Source: Rhynchobatus australiae (lineage: Eukaryota). Taken from it: DNA of 63,767 bases. The DNA lies in NCBI GenBank assembly GCA_034780895.1, contig JAUZTB010000048.1:16167615-16231381 (forward strand), written 5' to 3'. The notes under the pieces were generated by a model. That model was not told the DNA's origin and did no database searches. It saw only the letters and a list, made by a program, of their open reading frames with translations. Both the position numbers and the translations under genes were made by a program. Shown here one piece after another: positions 1 through 14,390 of this stretch. Position 1 is the first letter of the stretch; each line of letters starts with the position of its first letter.

Positions 1-839
1 GAAATAAGTCCATCTGTTTTCCATGCTGCCTCCATTTGTTGTTCCCCTCTGCCAACACTCTCACATGAAAAGAAAATGCACCAGTGCTTTTTAGAATGAA
101 TCCTGTAATACCAAAAAAAGAAATAAATCATCTCTTTAGCAAATTGTACCTGAACAGATGTAACTGAATAAAAGCAGCATGTGAAATCTATCTTCTGCAT
201 TTGCCTGCACTTTAATTCAATATTTTGAATGATGTATACAGTTGTCCAAGTAAAATAAATCTCTTGTATCATATTAAATTGGCTTTTCTGAAATTAGTCC
301 TCCTACTCGCCCACAAAAGGAGGAGCATATTTAGGCAGATAAAGGTGTCCATTTAATCCACAGTGGTACTGTACCCAAGTACAATAAAAAAATTTTCCAT
401 CACAATTATTAATGCTTTCTTTCCTCAGTCTCTGCATTGAAATCATTGGGGGAAGGGGAAATTATTCAATCTGCCTGAATTCACTTTGTTGAATGTATTT
501 CTAAGTTTATTGCCCTCCTATCCTTCCTTAATCTCTCCATTCATGTAAACTCCCCAACCTACATCTGCTGTCTCCATCGCCCCAACCTCCCTGCCAACTT
601 TGGCCCTCCCAATCTGCGACTGATCTGCTCAACCAAAATCATATTTTGATATTTTAGCTCTTATTAAAACCATTACACACTCGCACAGTTTCCAAATGCA
701 GGCTAACAAAACCCAGGTTTACCTCACCGCCATCTCTCTTGACCTATCTGCGGTTTTTACATTGTAAGACTGTCTGATGTTCAGCATTGAATGAGCAAAT
801 GTTTTCTTCAACTAACCATAAGGAAAACCAAAGACATTG

Positions 840-1500
840 TCATAGATTCATACAATTGAGGCCCTTTAGCTTGCCGTGCCCATGCGGACCATCAAGTACC
901 CCTTACCAGCACTTAGTCCCTAGCCGTCTATGACTTGGTTATTCAAGTGTTTGTCTAAATGCTATATGTTGTGAGACTACCTGGCTCCACCATCCACTCA
1001 GGCAGTTTATTCCAGAATCCAACCACCTTCCTCGGTTCTCCTCTAAATCTCTGACCCTTTACGCTTTGCCTTCTGGTTTTAGTCATCTGCTATGGAGCAA
1101 AGTTTCCTACTATCTACCCTATCTGTGCCCTTCATTATTTTGTTTACACTCCCCCCTCTTTTTTTTCCCCCACCGTGGTCCTGCACTCCCAAGGTAAACA
1201 AACCCTGGCCACATCCTGGTGAATTTCCTTTGCATCCTTTCCAATGCAATCGTGTCCTTCATATAGCATGCAGAACTCCACTGTGGCCTAACTAATGTAT
1301 TATAAACTTGTACTATAACTTCTGTGCTTCTGTATTTTATACCCTAGCTAATGAAGGCAAGTATCCTGTATGCTGCCTTGTCTTCCTGTGCTTCAGGGAT
1401 CCTTGAACTTGAACACCAAGGTCCCTCTGTTCCTCAATACTTCCAAGGGCTCTACCATTCATTGTGTATGTCTACTCTTAGTGTCTTCAGTACCCATCAC
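840..1500 (-). mobile_element. Degenerate CR1-type LINE 3' fragment
   Basis: Same sequence pattern as the clearer CR1 3' copies at 37510 and 61700 (ccaccatcc..ggcagt..ttccaga, atcctggtgaat, actccactgtggcctaact). Confidence 0.55.
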
Positions 1501-1579
1501 AGCCTTCATTGCCTCCTCTCCCTGGCTAAAGTGAAACTGACAGTTTGCACATTGGTGTCATGTTTGATCCCGAGATGAA

Positions 1580-2110
1580 CATTGTCATCACCATTTCAAC
1601 ATTTGTAACATCTCTTGATTCTGTCTCTGTGTCAGCTCATCTGTTTCTGAAATCTAATTAGCATCAGACTTGACTATTGCAGTGCATTTTTGGTTGCTCT
1701 CCCTCTTGCTACTCTCCAAAATTGAGGTCATCCAAAATTCTGCTGATGTCCACATCCACATTCAGTCCCATTCAGGTATCATTGCTATACTTCCTATTTT
1801 GGAATCCAGCTAAGTAACACATTACTTTTAAAATTTGCATACTTTTATTCAAAACCCCACATTTTGTCATCTTTTCTCACTATTATCTCCTCCAATCCAA
1901 TAAGCCTCTGAGATAACTGCACTCCTCTAATTCTGACCTGTTCCTGCCATCATTGGTGGCCATGCCTTCAGATCCCATAACTCTCTCTGGGAGTTTTCCA
2001 CTTCTCTCTTTCTTTGACCAAGCTTCTAGTCTGCTGTTGAAATATCTGCTGTGGCTCAGTTTCAATTTTTATTTTTAAGACTCTTCTGAACTGCCCTGCC
2101 ATGTTATAGC
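1580..2110 (+). mobile_element. Old L2/CR1-superfamily LINE 3' remnant
   Basis: gacttgactattgc..atccaaaattctgctg resembles the RLDYCN..QNSAA end of L2-type ORF2. Related remnants lie at about 10560-10930 and 62560-63330. Confidence 0.45.
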
Positions 2111-3171
2111 AATGCTCAAAATTTGTGACAAACTTGAGTGAATTTGAGAAAGGAGTGTATAGAGTGAACATGTTTTGAGGAAGGAGAAATGGAAAGAGGT
2201 CTTGCTCAGGAGTTGAGGGTCAAATATGCAGATTTTATTGGCAGTGATTTATTTACTGGGGAGAGATGACCAATGTTCAAATTAGGACAAACTTAGAAAA
2301 CTTAATGGTAAATAATATTTTCAGAACCCATTCCTGAACTTGAGTATATATCTTGCTGTGAAAGAGATCATATGAAATGAGATTCCAAACCAATGCCCCA
2401 TTTGGCTCTTTTAGGTAGGCATCAAAGATTCCGAAGAGCTATTTGAAAAGAACTGCGTATTCTTCCAGCGTTATGGCTGATCTTTCACTTCAGCTAAGAT
2501 CACCAAAAATAAATTGATCTGATAAATAGTTTCACTGTAGGACTTTACAGCCGTAAAGCAGCTGCCACACTGGGCTTTGTATAGTTCAAAGTAATTCATT
2601 ACAATTCATATGCTTTTATGTGAATGTTCACTTTTTTTGTTAGTAAAGCTCTGAACTTAAACTTTTTTTTTTAAGTACAACCTTGTAGTATACTAAGTGT
2701 GGAGATACTTGGTAAAGAAGGGACAATGCAAATTTTTTCCAAAAATTTGTTTTTGGCTCTTAACAAAACCCACATGTGAAGAGCCTCCTCACAGTGCATT
2801 TTGTAAAAATATTAATCGATCCACTTGTGATGGGTAACAATAGCATTTGGCTTTTTTCGTACAAACATAAAAAGAGCATTTGAATTCTATTGTGGTGCTG
2901 ACTTTATGTCTAAATCTTTTCAGTGACTCCTACCACAAAAATCTTTACCTTTTTTCTCTGTGCAACAACTGACACACTTAGAGCAATGCCACAAAAGATC
3001 TGCCAGTAATGATAATGAATATAATCTCTGGGTGATGTACAAAGTTGCCTATGACCTTCCAGTCCATTCAGAACAATTACCTTTTTCGAAACTAAGTTTT
3101 TACTAAAACATGTACTTCACAGTTAGAATTTTTAATTATGTTGCTGTAATTATTGTTTAATCTTTTCACAG

Positions 3172-3205
3172 TTACTCAGACCTAGAGCAAAGAAGTTGGG
3201 ATTAG
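3172..3205 (+). CDS. DPM1: DPM1 internal coding exon (34 bp; equivalent to human exon 3), LLRPRAKKLGLG
   Basis: Acceptor ttttcacag at 3171 and donor gtaag at 3206. Translation matches the DPM1 segment LLRPREKKLGLG, and the phase joins the next exon. Confidence 0.93.
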
Positions 3206-4419
3206 GTAAGAGCTATGAATGCATACAAGCTATTTTAATCAGCAATTTATGTTTTATGTTCTGTAAATGTAAGTGTTGAAAACATGTATTGAAAATGAAA
3301 ATTTAGAATTTCATCATTCCAAATGTTCTTAGTGTTAGATTCAGACAGCACTGTTGTATGAAGAGTCTTTTTTAAAATCTGAGCAGGCAGGTATTTGTGT
3401 TATTTTCCTTTGCATGTCAAGCACTGTAGAGTAGTGTTTGCATTTTTGGATTAGCAAACGAAAGGCTGAGACTAATAATCTGGAGAATTATTGGTTTTTG
3501 ATCAATGTAAATCTGACTGTTCTCTGAAGTAGCTGAGCAAACGTAATCAAGAAGGAACAAAAAATTGTCATTCAGAGTTGCATACTGCTAGCTTTTATGC
3601 AAGCCTGAATATCTATACTACTTCCTAAATTAGTAATGATTTTGTATCATTAGCATTTTTAAATGATTTAACTGCTAGGATATTAATTCTGCCTTTTCTA
3701 ATTTCTGTGTAGAATACTCTTGCCATGAATTCTAGTACTTCATAATGTGTGTACTAAAAGGGCACAGCACTGGGTGTCATATGCCATTTAAGAGGCCCTT
3801 AGTTGAAAACTTCTCTGTGCAGAACTAAAGTCTTGAGCACTGGAGGTCGGGACTGAACAAGGTCGCTGGTGTAATGAGCTGGAGCTCACATATAGGAGAA
3901 AATTTCAAAAGTTCAGGGACCCAGAGAGAATCAGCAACAAGGGAGGAGGCAGGTTGGGAGCACACACAAAGAAAATGGCATGAAAAAGATGCTTCATATC
4001 AGGGCAGTGGACTAGTTGATGTCAAGCCACTTTAACAAATGGCAGTGTAGGCCTCAGCATTCCAGTTAAGCTTTGGTGTGAGTGTCTCACTCCTTTCACG
4101 GGCTTTGTATGCACAGAAGAATTTTGTACATGTGGCTAAAGATGTGTTGCATGCTACTTGACATCACTGCACGTCCAGCAGCCCCTACGAATGTCATAGG
4201 TAAAAGGGATCTGGAACAAATTTGTGCAAGAACGCTATGCACACATATATCAACTAATTCCATTTGACAATTGGATTTCAGATAAAATTCACTGGCGAGG
4301 CATTAAAAAAATCATTGCCCTGTGCAAGAGAATTCTAGCCATTTATTTTTACTTACATGTTTGTTTTGTGCTTACAACTATCATACACCAAATATATACA
4401 CATATGGAATTAGCTGCTA

Positions 4420-4590
4420 GAGGAAGTGACTGAAGTGGATACAATAATAGCATTTAAAAGACATTTGACGGGTACATGGATAGGAACTGGACCAAATGTG
4501 GGCAGGTGGGACTAGCTTAGATGGGCATCCTGGTTAGCATGGATGAATTGGGCCGAAGGGCCTGTTTCTGTGCTATCTTACTCTACGACT
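4420..4590 (+). mobile_element. CR1-type LINE 3' terminal fragment
   Basis: catttaaaagacatttgac..ggccgaagggcctgtttctgtgct..ctcta is the reverse complement of the CR1 3' ends seen elsewhere in the window. Confidence 0.6.
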
Positions 4591-6157
4591 GATCAACTAT
4601 TCCTGTTGCTATTTTGCATATTAGCCACTGGTTCAGCAGTACAATTTTGTAATATTGTAAAATTGTAAAACTAATATCAAAATTCTGTAACAGGAACAAA
4701 TGTAATGGTAGTAACTGTACAAGAGGAATAGTTGCAAACTTGATTTTAAACGTGTTTTGTTTTAAAGCTCATGAGAAATATAATTCATTCATAAATGAAT
4801 CTTGTACCAAGATTCAGGTGAGACCTAAGATAGAACAGTCTAGAGACCAAGGCTGCAATGCATGCACAGGGAGATGCATGAAGCATTGTCTGGTTTCCTG
4901 AAACACTAAAGAGAGATAATCTAGGAGTACTGTGGAGTGTTAAACTAGCTTTGCTCAGAGTTTAAAACCCATCATTATCAGGATCTTGTCTTCGCCATTA
5001 ACGATACAGTGGATGATGAATTCCAATGGAAAATCTTGAGCACCATAGCGGAAGCTCTGATTTCTGTCTTCTATGCCTAGTATGTTGTCATACAAGGTCA
5101 GACCATCGTTGACATGATTCTAGTGTTGCCAGGTCCCTTGATGACCCACTCCCATTGATTCTGATGGTACTAATCTAGATCCCAACTTTCCCCACTTACA
5201 TTTCCTTCTCCCCACAACACAACTCTTCCTATGAATCCCATTCTTCTTCCATTTACCTCCGCCACTCTCTACAACCTCTTTCATATCATTTTCTTTGTGT
5301 TTGCTCCCAACCTGCCTCTCCCCTTGTTGCTGATTCTCTCTGGGTCCCTGATTTCATGCATTGATTTCCTTCTCTTTTTCCCCACCCCCATCTGCACACC
5401 ATTCTGTTAATTCCATCTCTCATATCTCTGGACTGATTATTATCTGGCCATCTGCCCCATCCCAACATCTAATCACTTTTTCTTTGATATTGCTAATTCC
5501 AATTGCATGTCCAGTTCTCTTTGTGCTGCTGATCTCTGATGTTATCAACTCCCACTCCAAACCCCTCTCATCTGCATAACCCCACATTTGTAATCTGCAA
5601 CCCCTCCTACTTCCTGTGTTAGCTCCACAACCTTGCGCAAGCCTTTTATGTGACAGAATTTCTATTCTGGGGTAACCTTGTATGAAACTAATGTGGGTTT
5701 TTGTATTGCAACAGTTTAACGTAAACCACAAACTATTTCAACCCATCTTGCTCTTCAAGTAATTGTTTACTATTGTTACTATTATTACTCAGTTAGTCAT
5801 TGCAAGATCTGTTTTCAGTGACTTCATATATTGTGATTTTCAGAGAAACTATAGATTACTGTGGTGCTCTACTGTTCAATGGGAGAACAAAGGCATTTGG
5901 AGAGCTGACGTCAAAATGATGATCCTGGGAATGTTGGCTAAATATTAGTTTGATGTTTTCCCACAAAAGTTATAAAAACAAAACATGCTGACACATCTAC
6001 ATCAACAAGATTTCAAAATATATTTTGTTTTAGTGAGCAATCCTGTAAAACTGGTTGAAAAATCTGCTTTTTTTAATAAATTGTTACTTTATATACATTT
6101 ACTTAAAAAAAATGCTAAGGAAAGTCAAATAAATTTTGCTCAATATACTTATCCTGA

Positions 6158-6289
<132 letters not shown>

Positions 6290-6328
6290 TAATGTACTTG
6301 CATAACCAATCTTTTTCTTTAATTTCAG

Positions 6329-6354
6329 CCAAAATTTATCCCCGAGTTCATAAA
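6329..6354 (+). CDS. DPM1: DPM1 26-bp micro-exon, PKFIPEFI(K)
   Basis: tttcag acceptor and gtaagc donor; frame is continuous with both flanking exons. Confidence 0.93.
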
Positions 6355-7736
6355 GTAAGCATTTTTCCTTGTTTCCAACTGTATTATTCAGCCTTATTGC
6401 ATGTTGTATAACTGATATCTTTTCAAATGTTTGGTCATAGGACATAGCATTGCTGATAAATAATTCATCTCATGATAATATCAATATTTTCCCTGTTACA
6501 TCAGTGCGATTTTTGTGTCTCTGATTTTAATCTTACTATTTCTATAACTGTATGAACCAATTATAAGAAGAGATAGGACATGAAATAAATTAACCCTAGG
6601 CACAGCCTAATTATTTACCCTGATTTAATTCCGATGTTGTCCCATGTCCACATTCAGTATGAAATTATCACCATCTAATATTGCTCCACCCATGCTAAAG
6701 AGGTTATGTCAGAATATTTTCATCTGGTAAAACAGTATTGTAGATAGTAATATCACTATAATTATGAGTCTACTCTGGTTTATATGATCTCTAAAATAAA
6801 GATAGTATTGCTCAAATTATGAAAGTGTGAATGACAAATTTTACTTAATTTTTCTTGGTAAATTGTTCTTGTTAAGCATAAATCCATGCAATTATGCAGG
6901 TTTGTTCTCTAATTGTAAAGTAACTTTCCAAAGCCCCTCTCCAAGAATAGAAATAATGGCCTCTGTACTAACAATTCCCTCTGCCCCTCTTCAATGGGTG
7001 GGGACGTGGATTAAATTTTTTCAAAATTGGGAATGGTTCTCTGGATAATTGTATACCTATCTGTTTTTTTTTTATGAACTGCATGGTGGCGTTTCCTACC
7101 CTTGAAAGTATAATTGGGAGCCTTATTTAAATCTAGCAGTTAACACATGGATTCACCAGCACTAGGGAAACCTGCCAGTATGAGGCAAGTGGAGTTAGTG
7201 GTTCAAGTAAGCATGTTATCTGCAACTTTCTTCGTGGGCCAGGACATCCAACATAGTTATCACTCAGCTTCTCAAGGAAACCTTCAGTCTATCCATGCCC
7301 AATTCTGGTCACAATTGGAAGCCTTCCTATGTGACCTTGAGAACTCTACAAATCTAAATAGCATAAGCAAACATTTCAGATTAATTGGCAAAGTAGATGG
7401 AATTTCTAAATACTTTGGACTGAAAAAAAATTACCATATTGCTCTGACAAATATAAATAAAAACTTCCATGAAGATGTATTTTTGAAGGATTCAAGGCAC
7501 AGTGGGCCACTGATTTAACCATCTAACTCGTTGGCTTTTATTCAAAAGTAGTTAAGTCCGTAGAAAGATACATAATCATTGTCAAGTGAAATGTTGCTAA
7601 CTCTTCAATTCTTACAAGTTTCAATGTATTAGAACTAAATTCAGGGGAGATTTGCTTTTCAGCTTTCTGAATGAATTGACTATGCTGTTGCACTATTTTG
7701 GCTTGCAGCAAAGGATAGGTGAGACTCTTACTGACT

Positions 7737-8096
7737 CATAGAGAGATATGGAATGAAAACAAGCCCTTTGGCCCACTGAATCCATGCCAACCCTTAAGCA
7801 CCTATTTTGCACTAATCCTATCCTAACCTATTTTATTCTTCACACATTCCCATTAACTCTGTCCCCCTCCCCAGCCCACCCTACCCCCAATTCTCCAGTT
7901 GATCCAATAAATTAGGGGCAATATACAGTGTTCAATTAATGCATTTTTGGGATGAGAGGAAACTGGAGTACCTGGGGAAAAAAACCTACCTGGTCACAGG
8001 GAGAACATGCAAAATCCACATAGACAGCACTGGAGGTCAGGACTGAACACAGAGCTGTGAGGCTGCAACTCCATAGCTACGCTATTGTTCTGCCCC
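7737..8096 (-). mobile_element. Degenerate V-SINE/HE1-like SINE with CR1-like tail
   Basis: Core aaactggagtacctgggg..ggtcacagggagaacatgcaaaatccacatagacagc is shared with the SINE at 16575-16861. Confidence 0.6.
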
Positions 8097-9405
8097 CTTT
8101 TGTTTTCATTTTGTCTTCGATAAGATATTTACCAAAACCACCCCATCAGAAATATTCCATTTGTCCTATCCATGTCTACCTCACCCTTTCTTCAAATGTA
8201 CTTGTTCAAATATTAATTTATGAGCCACATAATAGAAATGGAAATTTAATTTTGAATTGAGCCCTACTGGAAATAAACTTTGTTAAAATAAAACTTCACT
8301 TCTAGTGGAAGGAAATTGTTTGCCTTCAAAATACTAGGACATGTCTTTTTAAGCTAGTTGTTTTATCTGTGGATCTATTTATTTGTGTGAAGGAAATTGT
8401 TAAGTTCGAATTTTAAAACCCTAAACCAGGCAAGGGCAAAGTATTCTGTGAGGGAATCATGACTTTGCCCTGCTGAAGCAATATTTTCACCATTTTAACA
8501 TTTGTTTTGGACAGCACCAGAAGTGTTCTCCTCGGCAGGTCAGGCTTAACTAATCTGGTTGATTTTTTTTAAGGCGGTCAATAACACAAAGCACAAGGAA
8601 GCGGTTACTCCAAGTGTGTATTTTCCAATATCTTTTTAAATCCACAATATTGCTACTTGGTCTAACTTGTAACCCCAGGGATGAATATTGCCCTATGTCA
8701 ATAACATAGGGTCCAAGGAAGTGTCTGTGTGCATTTGTCTATATGGACTTCCAGGAGCAACTCTTAAGGTTCCACATGAGAGATCATTTGCAAAAATTAG
8801 TTGTAACCTGGAGTTGTTGGTTGGTAATTACAAGGGCAATATATAACAGAGAACTCTGGCACAATGTGATAACTGGTGTTTCCCAGAAACTTCAGCTTTT
8901 CACCATATACAGTATATCAAAGACCAAGGATTATAAGGACAAGGTTTACATCCATTTAGCAGGCACAGTAAACCGTTTGCAGAGGAAGGGAAGGTTAAAA
9001 AGGGACAAAGACAGATTAATTGCTGCAGGTGGAATTCAAGGTGGGAAAATCAATGGTCTTTATGTGGTCCCAATACATCATGGTGGGAGACTGGGAATCA
9101 TAGAGCAATACAGCACAGAAACAGGCCCTTTGGCCCAACTCATCCATGGCAGCCCAGTTGCCTGCCTGAGCTCCTNNNNNNNNNNNNNNNNNNNNNNNNN
9201 NNNNNNNNNNNNNNNNNNNNNNNNNNNNNNNNNNNNNNNNNNNNNNNNNNNNNNNNNNNNNNNNNNNNNNNNNNNGTAATTTGAGAAGGTACTTTTTGTT
9301 GAAGTGAAGGTTATAGACTATAAAAACTTATGAAATAAAAGGCTACCAATGTAATTTCTATAGAATAATTTTGGAACCAGTTTTCTGTTTCAAAGCTTCA
9401 GTTAA

Positions 9406-9651
<246 letters not shown>

Positions 9652-11019
9652 TGAGTCTTTTTTTTAATTCAGTCAGTTTCACCAAACAAAACTTAGTTCT
9701 GTTTTTGATCAACCTCAACCACCCAGAACTGGAAGTGACATGGTCAATGGAGAACTACTAGCTGAATTGTGTAGTATAGTTATGCAACCATTATAATTCT
9801 AAATAGTGTGGAAGAATGCTGTTGTGTATTCTTCTGAATAGTTACAAGATTTTTTTTCTAAAGTCTTAAGGTTATCAGATACTGGATGATAATCACTCCA
9901 GTGCATTTGTGATCAAGAATACCAAAATGTTGGTTATCTTGGATGGGCTTTACAAATGATTACAACATAGAAATGGGTCATCTGGTACAACAGGTACATA
10001 ATCCATATGGGCTTCCTTCTCCTGACTTCATGTAACCCCATTATAATTTTTATTTTCTCTCACCTGTGTTGTGCTTCCTCTTAACCACATCTTTCCTGTT
10101 CACCTCACTGTCTCTTGAGGGGGCAAGTTTGGCTGTTTAATCTCTGATTAACTGTTTCTCCTGAAATTTTCTTTCAGATTTATTAATGGCTGTCTTGTAT
10201 TAGTGGAAACTTGTTCAAGTGTCTATACTCTCAAATTTCTATTCTTTCAACAATTTACATTTCAACCTTTCTTTCAAGAGGAAAGACCCTCAGACTGTTC
10301 CTTCTTTCTTGTTAGTTATGACCTCTGCTCTGATAGTATCCTTGTATGGTTTTTTGCATATTTTCCAGCACCTCCATGTATTTCTCACAACATGAAGACT
10401 AGAACCGTTAACGATCGTGAAGAACAAACCATGGTCTTTGGTTCCCCTCTCAATTATTTCCTACAGCTAATTGGCACTGTTTTAATCTGAACCAGGCTGT
10501 TCTCAGCATCCCAATGTTTTATTTAACTGTAGCTGAGCTTCCAATCCTATATTCAATCCATCTCAAAAGTTTCTGCTGCTACCTCTGCAATATTAACCAT
10601 ATCTGTTGTTACCTCAACTAACCTGCTTTTGAAACCATCATATACTACCATCATGTTGAACTATTGCAATGTTCTTCAGGCCAGCCTCTCATTTGCAGGT
10701 CTTTGTGAACTTGTGCTCACTTAAAACAATGGTGCCTGTATCCAGTTCTTGTCATCTATCATTCCTGTAAGTGCTAACCTCCATTGTCTTCTGATCTACA
10801 TATAACTGCATTTAAAAAAAATTCTCATTCCCTTTTCCAGCTCTTCTGTGGATTCTCCCTTTTGCTCTAGGAATTGCTCTCCTGTATTGCATGGCAAACT
10901 AAATCCTTTTTGTCTTTCCAATTACCCCCAAAAATTATTAAATGGAAGGCTTCCAAGAGAAAATACTATGAATAACCAAAAAAATAAAGTGTACCTTTCA
11001 ATGTTATTATTCAAGGTTA

Positions 11020-11990
11020 TAAGAAATAGGACCAGGAGTAGGCCAAATAGCCCCTTGAGCTTGCTTCAGCATTCATTAAGATCGTAGCTAGTTTGATCAT
11101 TATCTGTGGTCCTCTTTCCTCCCTATTCCCAATAATCTGATTTAATTGTGGATCAAAATCTACTTTGGCTTTGAATATATTCAGTGCTTTGGCCTCCATG
11201 GGTCTGGGTGAGAGAGTTACAATGATTAACAACCCTTAGAGAACAAAAGNNNNNNNNNNNNNNNTTAAATGAGCTATCCCTTATTTTGAAACTACCATCC
11301 AAATTCTAGATACCCCTGTGAGGAGCAACATTCTTTAGCCTGATAAGCCCCCTCAGAATCTTTGTTTCAATATGTTTACCTCTCATTCATCCAGTGTATA
11401 TAGGCCCAATCTGCTGAACAATTCCCCAACCCTTCATCCAGGAATCAATTTAATGAACTTTCCCTGAATTGCCTCCAATGCAAGTATACTCCTTCTTCAG
11501 TAAAGAGACTACAAAGTCCAGATGTGGTCTTTATATTCTACCTGCTTTGCCATGAAGACTACCATCCAATTGCTTTTTTACCTGCATGCTAGCTTTCTAT
11601 GTTTTGTGTATGAGGACCCATTAGTTCCTTCTGTAGTCTTTCTCCATTTGAGCAATATTCCACTTATTTATCTACCAAAATGGATAACCTGGCATTTCAC
11701 CACATTTTGCTTCTTATGCCATTTTATTTTTGCCAACTTCCTTAACTTAGCTTTATATCTTTGGACACTCTGTGTTCTTCATACTATTTACTTTACCATC
11801 TGTCTTTGTACCTTCATCAGATATGGCTATAATTGATTCATTCCCTTGATCTAATTCATTACTATAGATTATTGCTATATGATGCCCCAGCACTGATCCC
11901 TCTAGCACTGTACCAGTCAAAGTTTGCCAACCCAGAAATAACCCCTTGTCAACTCTCTGTCTTCCATTCATTTGCCAGTTCTCCCAATAG
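11020..11990 (-). mobile_element. Degenerate CR1 LINE (RT C-terminal part and 3' end)
   Basis: Minus-strand ORF 11753..12004 (WQTLTGTVLEGSVLG..NELD..SDEGTK) resembles CR1 RT motifs GVPQGSVLGP and FADDTK. Confidence 0.7.
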
Positions 11991-12711
11991 CAAGTTGGGA
12001 CCATGGCTGTGATGAGTTCTGGAATAGAATGCTCTTGGCAGAACCCAAACTAAGGATGGATACCTAAATGCCTCTTCATAACATCATCAACAAAATCTAC
12101 CAGCACTTAGCTGATGATTGAGATTTAACATGATTGGGCAATAATTAACTGGATTGTTTTCCTGTTTCTTTTTATCTCAGAACACACACAAGTAATTGTC
12201 CACATTGTCAGGTGGCTCCCATTATGGTAATACTGAAAGAGCTTGAATTCACTAATACCTTGTTCAGTTGTAGCAAGACTTCAACATGTTACAAACATTC
12301 AGCTCTGCAACCAGAGTGTTCCCAGGGCCAAAGCCTTTGCTATGGTCAGTACACCTAGCTATTTTGTGATAATGTGGAATGACAAATATATTGGAAACTG
12401 GCTTCTCGTGGTAATCTCGGGAAAAGGCCAAGACAAATCATCCACTCACTACTTCTGGCTGAAAACAGATACAAATGCATCCACCTTGTCTTTTGCGGTT
12501 GTGCTGAACTCTGGCATTTTTGAAGATGTTCATGGAATCTTCCCTTCCCATTATCTGTCAAATTGTCCACCACTAATCGCAACTGGATATGGTCTGTTGG
12601 CAGTGGAATTCTTTGGCTTGATCTACAGCTTGCAGTTTTCACTGTTTAGCATATATGTGTTGCTACTTCACCAGGTTGGCATTTCATTCATACTAATACT
12701 GTCATGGATGG

Positions 12712-13342
12712 TGTTACGAACCAGCAACAAAAGAAACACACCGAGTTATTAATAAAACTATTTTATTAATAACTATTATAATAAGAAAAATAAAAATGTT
12801 AGATCTTAAACATTAACCCCAAAAACTAAACTCGTTGTGTGTGTGCGGCAAATTCCCAAACTGCACATTCAGGAATAGTTCTTTAAAGTTCAGTTCAGCA
12901 AGCCATAAGGTGAAACGTGAGCAAAGGCTTCAACAACCACTGACTGAAGATGAGACGTAAATGTAGAGAGAGAAAATAGAGAGATTACAAAATCCAAATG
13001 TTTCACGACAAAACCCATACAACACCTCAGTGTCTCCTCAGCAGTGACTACTCCACTGCATCTTCCTCCCCCCGAAAGGCACTCAAATCGTGGCAGTCTA
13101 CACAAATACCTGTTTCCTTCTACAGGTCAACAAGAAAGTGAACTCCACTGCTTTGTTCCGAAGTATCTGCCACCCCGAAAAGCATCCAAGATATGGCCAT
13201 CCACACCAAATACCTGTTACCCTCTACAGGTTAACAACAAAGTGGACTCCACCAGATTACTCCAAAAATCCATATGTGGATGGTAGTGACAGGCACAGTT
13301 ACTGTTTTTTATCCATCGATAGAGACTAGCAGGCTGATGAGT

Positions 13343-13402
<60 letters not shown>

Positions 13403-13455
13403 CACTATGCTCTATCTTAAAGGGACATTCACCGATAGTAACCTAGTCCGTAACA
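12712..13455 (-). mobile_element. Solo LTR (744 bp, probably Gypsy/Ty3-type)
   Basis: Ends TGTTACG..CGTAACA (11/13 terminal inverted match); flanking 4-mers ATGG/ATAG (TSD with one mismatch); minus-strand AATAAA near the left end. Confidence 0.72.
13344..13400. repeat. (CA)~28 microsatellite inside the solo LTR
   Basis: Perfect CA run seen directly. Confidence 0.97.
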
Positions 13456-14291
13456 ATAGATGCTTCTGCTACGGGTAGTTTAATGAGGATGAGGTCAAGC
13501 AGGCATCTTCCTTTTTCCTTGTTTTCCCCTCACCTGGTCACCTGGGTGTTAGGGAAAATGTATGATTCATGTGAGGCTATTGCTTAACTTATTTTGTGAT
13601 TATAGGTCTCCCAATAATGACGTTTCCCAGATAACCATGTGGAGTACTTGTAGGATCAACTTGGAGGGATCTATCTTTGTTGTGTCCTAACCTAGTGTTT
13701 TGTGGTTGGTGGGTGGTCTGTTGATTTTATTTTTGTTACTGTTATATGCAATGGCCTGATTCAACTGAGTGGTTGGCTAGATCTCATTAGAGGGCAATTA
13801 AGACTCAACCACTTTCCTGTGGGGAAAGTGTTACGTACAGGCCACATCTGTCTAGAATGGTGCACTAAACTTCTAGACTGAGTAAAAATGGTATCTGTTC
13901 TTAAAGGACATGTGAATTAATTGAGTTTATAATATAGTTAAGAGTAATTCTCAAATAATTAGCTGAACTATGGGTGCAGAACTAAATTTATTGGAAGGAA
14001 TAGACATAGGGCATAACAATGGCAAAAATAAAATGGAAATTACACACTCTTTTTAAAAAAAATCACACAAAATAACTTTTTCAAAACCTGTAAGGTAAAC
14101 TACAAATGTTCCTGTGATTCAGTTTGAGAGGCTTTATACATTTTATCTCTTTTTTTGTCATCAAAAATGTTAATAATGATGTTTACTTAGATCTAAATCA
14201 GATTAATTTATCCAGCTAACAAGTGTGGAATTTAAAAAGACATTAATTCTAAATTTTCTAAAAAAAATAATGAAATTACTTCAATTTTTAA

Positions 14292-14390
<99 letters not shown>

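Larger units (their letters stand above)
11995..13900 (-). mobile_element. Second, older LINE remnant, interrupted by a solo LTR
   Basis: Degenerate RT N-terminal-like segment (..NYxPI..) at about 12100-12220; related host sequence appears to resume after 13459. Confidence 0.5.

Noticed and set aside
8743-9279. 178-aa ORF
   Set aside because: Degenerate CR1-like sequence, inflated by N residues.
12243-12752. 169-aa ORF (similarly 16436..16924 and 7147..7518)
   Set aside because: These run through LINE, SINE or intronic sequence, with no splice or homology support.
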